From Paraspadella gotoi (lineage: Eukaryota > Animalia > Chaetognatha), in NCBI GenBank assembly GCA_051294375.1, contig CM119263.1, positions 17,942,628 to 18,006,627 of the forward strand: a stretch of DNA of 64,000 nucleotides, in the 5' to 3' direction. The notes beneath the pieces are model-generated. The model had not been told where the DNA came from and searched no databases. It saw nothing but the letters and a program-made list of their open reading frames with translations. The translations under genes and the position numbers were made by a program. This document shows, in pieces, positions 54,262-64,000 of this stretch (position 1 is its first letter; every line of letters begins with the position of its first letter).

Positions 54262-57200
54262 CCCGAGAGACTATTTTAGATGAATTCGTCCCACATGCTA
54301 CAGCTATATCGCTCTGACGGACGAATTGAACTTCGTCTCGCCCGAAGAAGAGATCGACGAGTGGCTGGGGGAGCGCTTCATGAAGACTGAGCTAATCACG
54401 CCTATGAATACCCTCTTTATCAAGTGTCTCCTTCATGGAAACTCCACGGGATTTAAGATGATCACGGACGCGCTACTCACCGCTACCTTCAGGTGGGGTA
54501 TGGAACTTGGCTGACCATTGAGTTTGAGAGTATAGTTTCGGCGTGATTGTTGATACAAAGCCGGAAGAAAGTTTCTCGCCTCTCTTCTCTACTTCTCTCC
54601 GCTTCTCCTCCAATTCTCAGAGGCGTCGGCATTCTCGAACATGTCCTTCTTGTCACGAAGGCCCCGCCCGAGGTGGTGATGCCCTCCATCGGTTCGCACT
54701 TCAAACCTCTCGAAAGAAAACTCAACGCGGAGGGGAAGGCGGAGTATTATGCCTACGCTTGCAGCCGGCAGGAGGTCGTTTTGGTGAGAACGGAAATGAA
54801 CGGGATCGTGGATTGGTAACGGCGAATTGATTATAGAAGAAACAAGCGTTTATTCCGTCGCCTCCGATGTTTTTTTTTTTTTGGCTGAAAAATCTTAAAG
54901 AAATTTTGACAGTGTTAAAATGCAGATAATTTCCTTACTTATTTTGAATTTAATAAAATTTAAAATAATTAAAATAATTAATAACACATGCTTCACCCTT
55001 GATCTTCGCCGACGGATGTCCCGCCTTTCCAAGGTCCTCCGCGGTCGCCACGCCATCTACGACGACGTCTCCCACGCCCTCGGCCTCTTCGACGACAAGG
55101 ACAAACTCCGAGTTACCTACGGAGAGCATTTTCTAGCCGAGCTCATCCTTAACCAGAACGAGGACGAGAAAGTGGTCATGGTGGAGGCGGGGAGGAAGAC
55201 GGTGGGAATGATGAAGCTCATCAGAGCGCATCCGGAGGTGAGAGGAACAACTTACCATGTAGTGATGTAGCATCGTGTACTCAATCGCCCTTCCTTCTCC
55301 TTTCTCCTCTGACAGGATCTCCTTTCGGCGGCCAACTGGTTCCACGTTGACCACTTGGCGGGCTTCTTCAAGCCGAGGAGGCGCGACATGGTCTTCGCCG
55401 ATCTGCCCCTCGAAACCATCGACGATGAGTTCGAGTCTCTCTTCACCCTCAAAGATCGAACTTTCACGACGGGACTCGAATCGAGTGAGACGAGGCTCGG
55501 GGGAGAGACGGCAACACTTTGAAATAGTTCATTGTATTTTCTTTTTCGTTGCGTTTGATATTAAGAGGCAGAGGGTTTTTTCGATGTTTACAAACAACGA
55601 ATTTTCAATTTTCAAAAACGTTTCGGCGCGAAAAATTTTTTTTGAAAATTCATCCAATGTGTTGCGCCGTGTATTTCTCGTGACTTGACGTGACATGACA
55701 TGACAATAACTTTCTTACCCTGTTTATTTATGACACGCACTGCATCGGAATTCCGTTTTTTATTCTTTATAGTTTTAGGATTTCCTGAAGGCGGCCCTAA
55801 CAGTACGGTCGTCTGGTGATTTTTTATTTTTATTAAGAAAATTTTTTTCACGTGCTGTCATGTAGCAGACATCGTTAGCTTTCATATGATACCTCACATG
55901 ATGCATTAAAATTATTTTATGATAGCATTATGACATAAAAAAAAATTGTGATAATTTTTTTCTGCCAGGCCTTGTAGACACAGCTAAATCTTATATTTTC
56001 ATTTTTAATAATTGGGACTAATAAATTTTGATATATTCTGTCTATAACTACTATTGGTTGATCTTCAGTATCATAAATATTGACGAAAATAAATTTTTTA
56101 AATTAATTTGACGTCATAGTAAGAAATAAAAGCAATTATTCAAAATTTTTTATCAAAATTTATCATCATTTTTGTTTCTGACTGTTTTTGCCAAACATGC
56201 TCTTTAAAATTAGAAAAATAAAGATTAGCTAATGAAACTACAAAATCTTAGGTACATTTCGTTGCCAGAACAAAGAAAATTCATTGATATCATAGTCTCA
56301 ATATGGAGCCTTGAAATACTTCATTTTCTTTGTAATTTACCCCTTTATTGATAAGGGCCTTGTATTATAATAAAAAATGAAAACAATAATTTAACCATGC
56401 ATTAGCGTGTTATTGAAAGATTGTTTTATTTTAGTTATCGCAATAATAATTTTATTAATTTTATGTATTTTGTAAGTATTTTAAGTATTTTTATTCAGTG
56501 AGTAAAATAACAACTTTTTTATTCGCTAATTTTTATCTCGGACGCTTAACGCCAGACGTCTCTACTAACAATCCCTTAGATTTGAGTTTTTTTCTGTCTT
56601 AACAAATGAACAACTATAGGCAAATTATGTTTATTTTTAACATAAGTGGGACAGACCGATGGACAGATATACCGACCGACAGACCGACCAAAAAGTGACT
56701 TAGTTTCTCCGCGAGTACTCGCGGCGCAACTAACAATGTTGTGTTGCGCCGTAGTGATTTTGTTATCCTGTGTTATCCTGTGTATTTCCGAGCATTTTCA
56801 ACACCGGACTCTTACTGCATTGGAATAACGTCTTTCTTTAATAAAATAAAAGGCGGCAGTAGTACTAGTAGTACTTGTAGTTGCTTAGATTTGAGGTTTT
56901 TAGTAAACTATAAGTCAATTTTATGTCGGTCGGTCGGTCCCACTTACGTTTCAACTACCAAAAAGTGACTTATTAAGTTCCTGCGTGAGTACTCGCGGCG
57001 CAACTAAAAACCTCTGCCTCTTAATCTGAAATAGTTCATAAAGTTTGTGCGTAATTGACACAAATATATGTTTTTAAAGCAACGAAAAATATAATATTCA
57101 TTTAATTTTTTTCGTTGTTGCTATCCTAGTATAATGATTCCCCTTTTATGTTCCACGGACCTTACTTTGCAGACACTTATTTATTTTCCCTACTCAAGCC

Positions 57201-60200
57201 GGTTGCATTTCTTTGACGAGTTATTTGACTCTCGGCGGCGGCACCCCCTGCCGCTCTTCCTTGGAGGATGTCGCCCGCGTGTCGGTGCAGGAGTCGCCGA
57301 CTTTGAAGGTGTTGACGACGCAAATGGGCCTCGACTTAATGTCGGATACTTCCGTCGGGAGTGGCGAAGAAAAAGCCGCGAGTGAAATCGATAATCTTCG
57401 CTGCGATCACAACGACAACAACAGCAACGAACGCGACGCCCATAAAAACTCGAAAAGCAATAACAAAAATAACTCCAACGAATTGTATCAATATTACTAC
57501 ATGCAAGAGAATAACGGAATTCATCGCAGCCACTCGTCAGAATCGCAGAACCAGTTCTGCGAAATCTGTTTCAACAATGATTCTCGTCGACGGTTGTCTT
57601 CGTCGACCAAGACGAAGACCCCGACGAGGAGAACGACGACGACACTGACGGTCGATTCGGCGCTCACTTCGGCAAACATCAACAGAGTTCCCTCCGTCGT
57701 TGTGGTGGACCAGCCGGTGGTAAGTTCCTTTTGAAAGAACCGTGAACAATCGGAAAACTATTTGTATTTGGATGTTATTGTTAAATACTTTGTTTTTGGT
57801 CGATAGATGAATCGTGGGACTAAAAGATTTAGGAGACAAGAAAAAAGAAAGCATAATTTTACTTTCGCCGACTGGGGTTAAAGGGTGGTTTAAAATGAAG
57901 GGTTATTTAAAAGTGGTTTAAGAGTAGTTTAGGGTTAGGGTTAAGCTTTAATTTAAGGGTGTTTATAGTTAAGATAATTATACAAAATTGTTTTATTTTT
58001 TTAATATATTTTTCAAAATTATTTTTATTTATAAAAATCTAAAATCCCAGTCGGCGACACTTTCGAAAATTGTACCTTCGATATTTCGAAATTGTACTGT
58101 CGCCGAAAGTACAATTTTACCGAAAAGAAAATTTGATTGCGATTTTTCGAAACTTTAATTTCGAAATTGTACTTTCGCCGAAAGTACAATTTTACCGAAA
58201 AGAAAATTTGATTGCGATTTTGCGAAACTTTAATTGATGCCTCGATTAATTGTAACTGTTTACATAACATGTGCCCCTAGGAAGAGGAGGAGGCAGAGGA
58301 GGCAGAGGAAGAGGAGCCGTTAATCTCCAACGCGGCAATCGTCCGTCTCGTCGCCATCTACGACGACTACGCCTTTCATGGCGAAGAGTTTTTGGCTACA
58401 GTGTTCGACGCTTATCCGGATTTACATGTTGATCAGAATTGATGAATAAAGAAGCAAATGGGCATTGACGGAACCACGTCTCTTTCTCTCCTCCAGTGGT
58501 GTATCTTGACGAATCCCACGATGAACGAAGAGTTCCCGATGATCAGCAACTTTCTGCGCGCGACGCCGAAACCTCACACCGTCCTCAATCAAGACCTTTA
58601 TGTCTTTCATCGGGACGGCCTCATAAGGAACTTGAGGGTCAGGCCTTTCGTCGAGGACGACTTGGAAGGTTGGACGGTATCATTTATCAGATTATTTATC
58701 ACATTATTATTGATTTATCAATTATCATGCCCTTTCTCCTTCTCTTTCCGACAGAGTTGCCTCGCTTCATCTCCTCTCTTCCCAAAGCACGCGTCGTTTT
58801 CAAATGCTATTCTCAATTTCTTTCGACGGGGTGTTGGGTGCGTTCCAAGGCGCAGCTCCACGCATTCGTCGCCCATGTGGAGGGTAACATCGCCGGATTC
58901 GCCCTTTTGGCCGAGGAAGTTAACGCTGAGTGGCTTAAGGTCGGGTGGTTTGTGATGATCAAAAAGCAATGTGGCAGGATACCCCGATTCTTCCTTAACC
59001 CTTCGACAAGTTAGGCACAGTACGACGTTGAAGCGCATGCGGACGTCAACTTTTACCCAGCGTCGGAGCAGCTTCAACTCATCCATCACGTGATGGTGCC
59101 GCAGTTCAAACACTTAGCCGCTTTCTTCATGAAGGCAAGAAAACGGTCGTGGAAGTAATAACAAATGGTTGCGGAGTGCTTGGTTTCGTCATTGTAACAT
59201 CGAGTCAGTTGTGGACCCAAGATTAAAATCGCGGGAGATTCTTTTCGACCTTTTTTCTCAGGAAGTGATGCGCCTCACCGGAGCCGGCCTTCTCAACTAC
59301 CGCATCTACCCGCCTTACCACGAGGCTAGATTCCAGACTCTCTCAACTCTGCTCGATGCTTTCCGTCCGGCGAAACCTCGTCGGCAGATCGTCTATCCCG
59401 AGACGATGCCGAAGGAGAATCTTCCGCGGGAGACTCTGATGAGATGCCACGCCCCTTTCGCTTTGGCCGTTTTGCCAAGGAGACTGGTAAAAGAAAGAGA
59501 GAAAAAGAGAAAGAAAGAAAGAGAGAGAAAGAAAGAAAGAGAGAGAGAGAAATAACGAGAGAGAAATAAAGAAAGATAACGCTTACCCTTCCTTTCCCTA
59601 AAGGTGTTTGAGCCTCGCCTGACCCAAACTGCCAAGATCGTGGTCGTGGGCGCATCCACCGTTGCCGTGTCTTTCTTAGAATCGTTCATCTTCCAGCCTC
59701 ATCTCCGATTCAACAACATGAAGCTCGTATCCAGAAATGGATTTCCTGGGGCCGGGGTGATGCCTCACCCATGGCAAGATAACATCGTCAACACGGACAG
59801 GTTCCGTATATTTTATTCCTTCATTTATTGTTTTGTTTTGTTGTTTTCTATTGCAGATTCTCCCAACAGGTCGTACACTCATGACGATTTGGCGCGAATC
59901 TCTATGAGAAGTTGGGTAAGCGAGGTCAAGGGAAAGGTCACCGGGATCGATAGGGTCAAGAAGATGCTGATCGTGGACGGGGCTTTCGAAGTCCCTTTCG
60001 ATTTCTTGGTCTTGGCAACGGGAGAGCAGTATCAGGTTGGGGCAAGCTACCAGGGATAACTTTTTAAAAAATGAAAACTAGTAATTAGGTCCTGTTTACC
60101 TAATTACTCTGGCAGACGCCGCTTCCCGATTGGACCGAGGTCGGCGTCACCAATCGAAACTTCGGTGTCCAACCAACGAATTTAGCTCTGATAGATGATC

Positions 60201-60267
60201 GATATGACGCCAGAAAGTGGCTGAGATATGCTCAGGAAGAGATGGCCAAGACACCAACTGGAAAGGT

Positions 60268-60339
<72 letters not shown>

Positions 60340-63221
60340 GTAAAAACACAGAAAAAAATCTTAAAAGTATAGTGATCTCGCCAGTTTTTACTATCAAAGA
60401 AAATTACTATAATCTAATTTGCATATTGCAGTAAATCATAATTAAATGGAAATTCAAACAAAAAATATTTGAATCGATATGAAACAAAGAAAATGGACAC
60501 ACATTTCAACTTCCTCACTGCCTCACTAATGAAACTCGATAACTAGATAGTTAAAAGCCGAAAAAATGGTGCAAGTTAAAAAATTATGTAAGTNNNNNNN
60601 NNNACATTTCCGACACCATCAAGTCGGCGATGGAAAGACGTGGCGTCAGAATTTTGAACGGCGTTATACTTTCTAATTGGCAGGTGAGCGAGTGCGCCGG
60701 AAAACGCGACGTCATTTTCTCTCTTTCGTTTCCTTATCTCTTTCCTCACTTTATCGTCCAGGTTAACGAATCGATGGGAAACGTGACGACGGCCAAGTTT
60801 CGTTTCCATGGAGATTCGGGTGACGGATGGGAAGCAATGGTGGGAGACATTTTGGTCATGTTCTCTTTCGCGGTCAAAGGTGAATTAGGGAAATGATGCT
60901 ATCGTTTGTACTTATTCATTGTTAGAAAATAGACTTTTTTCCAAAACGTAAGAGTTGTTCGAATGTCAATCTCTCTTTTTATTATTTTTCGCCCTTGTGA
61001 CCGAAAAAGGCAAAGACTTTGACATCTGCGGCGCCATAAACTCGGACAATCGTTTGAGGCTCGACGGTGCCCTCGTCATCGACGACGCCTTCAACGCCAA
61101 CGATGATTGCATTTGGGGCGCGGGGCCGCTCACCAAGTACAATCGGCGCTTCTACAGCGAAGAGTACACGCACAGAAACTGCAATTCCCGACAGGTCGAT
61201 TGACCGGAGGACAGATTATTTGGATTTATGGACTATGGAGTGATATTTTTTTTAAGTCAACGATTAACGGTTTCAGACCTTAAGAGTCATACTGTCGACG
61301 CAAATTATTCCCGATTCGATTACTAGAAATTAAATTGATCTCATTTTCCCGATTATTAGTTGCTCCGCGAGTACTCTATAAGTCACTTTTCGCTCGGTAT
61401 GTCTGTCCTTCGGTCTATCGCACTTCCGTTAAAAATGTATATAATTCGCCTACAGTTGGTTGCTCATTTGCTAAGACAGGAAAAAACCTCAAATCTAAGT
61501 GACTGCTAGCCCTACCTTCAGGAAATCATAAAACTAAGGAAAAAAAGATGGCATTTCGATGCAGTCATGTCATGTCATGTCATATCATATCATGTGATCA
61601 AAGGGAAATACACATGAAAATAAAGTCACTGTGGCGCAACACATTGGATGAACCGATCTTGATTCTTCTCTCAAAGCCAATTCTTCCGCCCATGTTGACA
61701 ATGAGATCCAAAACATCTCCTAACCGGGTTCAAGGTGGGCCGACGTCTCGCCAAGGAGGTCCTCAAATCCTTCGACGCTTCGCTGAGACAGAGAGAGAAG
61801 GACATCAAAGGGAGTTATGCTCGCGACGACCAAGACGAGGAACAGAGGGTAGAGCGTCGCTTTTAATAGAATTAGATTCTTTATTTTTAATTCCCTTTTC
61901 GTTCGATCTCTCGACAGATCATGCCCGTCGGTTTTCTCAAACCCGGAGTGGAGGAGCCGAGGATGGTCCCGTTGCTTCGCGATCCCAAGACTCACTACGG
62001 AATCCTTCCGGGTGAGAAAAAAAATTAAGGGTAAACGAAATAGTAAGAATAATATCTTTTTAAAATATTTTTATTTCTTCATACAGGCGATTTTCACTTC
62101 CTTCACGTCGCCGAAGAGATGGAAGAACATTTTCAACTTCAAGAGAAAAGAGAACTCCGACAGATTGGGAAACTGAGGCATAAGGTGTTTAATTTTCCAA
62201 TTTGGAATAATGATATTGAATTGACCTACTGCGGAAAGGATATGAAGGAAAATGTGTGTCGAATCGCTTCCCTCTTCAATGGTTTATTGGCACGCCGCCT
62301 CCCAGGTCCTGACGACTGGTTCCGCAAAGACTGGGAATCTCTTCCGCCTTCGATTCGACGAATTCGACAAAATCGCCTCCATCACCTGTTTCTCTCAGTC
62401 GCCCATTGAAGTTGACAACCTGGCGCAGCTACACGGACTGCATCAGGCGAGTCGAGATGTAGGAGTTGGTTTCTTGGAGACGATATTACAATATATTATT
62501 AGTGCTGGCTGTTCGGAGCAGAAGTTTATTTGACGGAACAAAAGGAAAATAGGGACTCACAACGCTTCCCGCACAACGTTTGACTTTCAGGCGATTATGA
62601 ACGACATCTTCCGTCGTTTCGACGCCGGCTTGGTCGACGATCTCTTCGAGTATTTTCGTCGCCCTGAAATGCTTCCCCTTTATCACGACAGGTGGCGAAA
62701 ACACAATTTACTTAATATAAATAAAATAAAACAAATATACGAGGACCAATGAATAAACTTCAGGAAAGAAATTAACCTCATGTCAGTCTCTTCACATCCC
62801 TTTTTTCATCATTGCCGGAAACTCGGCTTTTATACTTCATCCAGATTTTGCTCTCTTCGCGCGGACATGCGGCGTCTCTTTCGCGACTTCCGATGTCACG
62901 AGGGTGACACCCTCATCCAAAACGCGGTTTCTTTGTCTGACGCCATTCGAAGAGCCACGACGGAAGTATGCTTTATCACTACATTTAATCATTATTTGTT
63001 CCGGTCAATAAGACGATGAACCCTTCCCCCTTCCAAAGGCCCACATCCTCGGCGGAAAAAAATTGAACCCCTCGGATCTGCTCAAGATTCAGCAGCAGTT
63101 CGTCGAGGGAAAGATCAAGAGCATCTTGGAGGATCGCATCGTCGACTTTCTTCACTTCAACGCTAACCTTCTTCCGATGTTCGCCATGCCTGGAATGCCT
63201 TCCAGTCACACCACGCTTTAA
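53944..63221 (+). CDS. CFAP61: Cilia- and flagella-associated protein 61, conserved core (at least part of one exon lost in the gap at 60594-60603)
   Basis: Exons 53944-54176, 54304-54492, 54621-54783, 55034-55237, 55316-55484, 57199-57719, 58281-58427, 58497-58668, 58755-58939, 59015-59134, 59262-59486, 59604-59800, 59870-60035, 60116-60265, [gap] 60604-60683, 60762-60879, 61010-61194, 61735-61848, 61918-62011, 62087-62184, 62306-62446, 62591-62691, 62845-62965, 63039-63221 (TAA). Motifs: TPMNTLF, YGEHFLAELI, DLYVFHRDGL, KPRRQIVYP, KIVVVGASTVAVSFLE..PHLRFNN, FDFLVLATGEQY, DGALVID..ND..IWGAGPLTKYNRR, YHDRF, LLPMFAMPGM. Confidence 0.92.
55657..57008. mobile_element. Helentron-like family B, two tandem copies (about 55657-56733 and about 56740-57008)
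   Basis: Sub-terminal IR GTTGCGCCG / CGGCGCAAC, terminal palindrome CCGCGAGTACTCGCGG, (GACC)n tract, shared core CCTGAAGGCGGC..CTTAGATTTGAGG. Other copies at about 42265-42790, 44138-44413 and 61357-61645 (reverse). Confidence 0.7.
58084..58233. repeat. 75-bp tandem duplication
   Basis: TTTCGAAATTGTACT(G/T)TCGCCGAAAGTACAATTTTACCG...GAAACTTTAA occurs twice. Confidence 0.85.
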
Positions 63222-64000
63222 CAGATGGGAGAAACACACCGAGAAGAAAGAAAAGTTTTTTCAGCAATTTTTTTTCTTATTAGCCCAGGTTTAATTTTGT
63301 CAAACGTCCAACTCTAACAGAAGATACCTTAGATTTCCAAGTGTATGTAGTTCGTTAAGTCGTAATCTTAATCAGTAATATCTATGTAACACTAGTTAAG
63401 ATTTTTAAGCAGAAAATAGTGTCAATGTAGCACTTTGTATCGAGTCAATATTATTTCTTTCACTGTGATAGCCAAAATAAATGTTGTTTCAATTTTAGCT
63501 GTGTCCTTTGCAATAAGTATTTTGAAAGCCCAAGTAGGAGAAATAAAATGACGTGAAAAGAAGAAGTATTAAGAAAAAGTGATGGCGAGAGAAAATGGGC
63601 ACCATAATCCCCTAAAAACTATAGGGGGGTATTTCTCTCACTCAAGCTTTACTATCTTTACTCCTTACTCTCCTTTGGCTTTGCTCCACTCTCTCCTTTG
63701 CTCTTCTCTTTTCCTGCTTCCTCGCATCCCTATTCTCTCCAAAGCCAGTATTTCATATTCCACTTAATTAATGACAAATGTCAGCAAAAAAAATAAATAA
63801 AAATACTCGCGTAGCAAAAAGCGAAAAAAGATGAGCAGGGCAGTTTTTTTTGGTTTTTTTTCGCGAGCGCGAAAGCAAGCTAAATGGAGGGGGAGTACAG
63901 GTACGAAAAGCGACAGGGTAATGGACCTCAAGGGCATGAGAGCGTGAAAATTCATGACTTCTTTATTCTCTGTTGTAGAAACATTAAAATATATATTATA

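Noticed and set aside
63500-64000. Possible further gene at the right edge
   Set aside because: Short ORFs with no recognisable motif or convincing splice pattern.
1-64000. tRNA/rRNA genes and species assignment
   Set aside because: No such RNA gene was recognised by eye; gene content indicates only an animal with motile cilia or flagella.

Overview
AT-rich, intron-containing animal genomic DNA (species not identifiable from sequence) with two 10-N gaps (50071-50080, 60594-60603). I reconstructed three spliced genes by hand. (1) headcase/HECA on the minus strand: ATG 9339, 10 exons down to 2464, C-terminal part runs off the left edge. (2) maspardin/SPG21 on the plus strand, head-to-head with headcase: 13647-37417, with a 14-kb transposon-filled intron and an apparent acidic C-terminal tail. 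(3) CFAP61 (core 53944-63221), preceded by 20 further phase-compatible, stop-free exons starting at ATG 41726 that would add about 1,250 aa, including an unrecognised ~55-aa His-rich repeat (DSIxLxHxHExxGKGPHHNxPxE...HxHHExGExIxH). Introns and intergenic DNA hold many mobile elements: a frameshifted DIRS retrotransposon with inverted termini, three Helentron/DINE-like families (one carrying 22-bp and 18-bp satellites), a three-level Helentron>hAT>9-bp-TSD nest, a Transib-like element, hAT-type and other MITEs, and a Tc1 remnant. A family of Penelope-like fold-back elements carries minimal hammerhead ribozyme motifs, one apparently intact at 43050-43093. All gene models and family assignments come from reading the sequence and from remembered family motifs; no searches were run.
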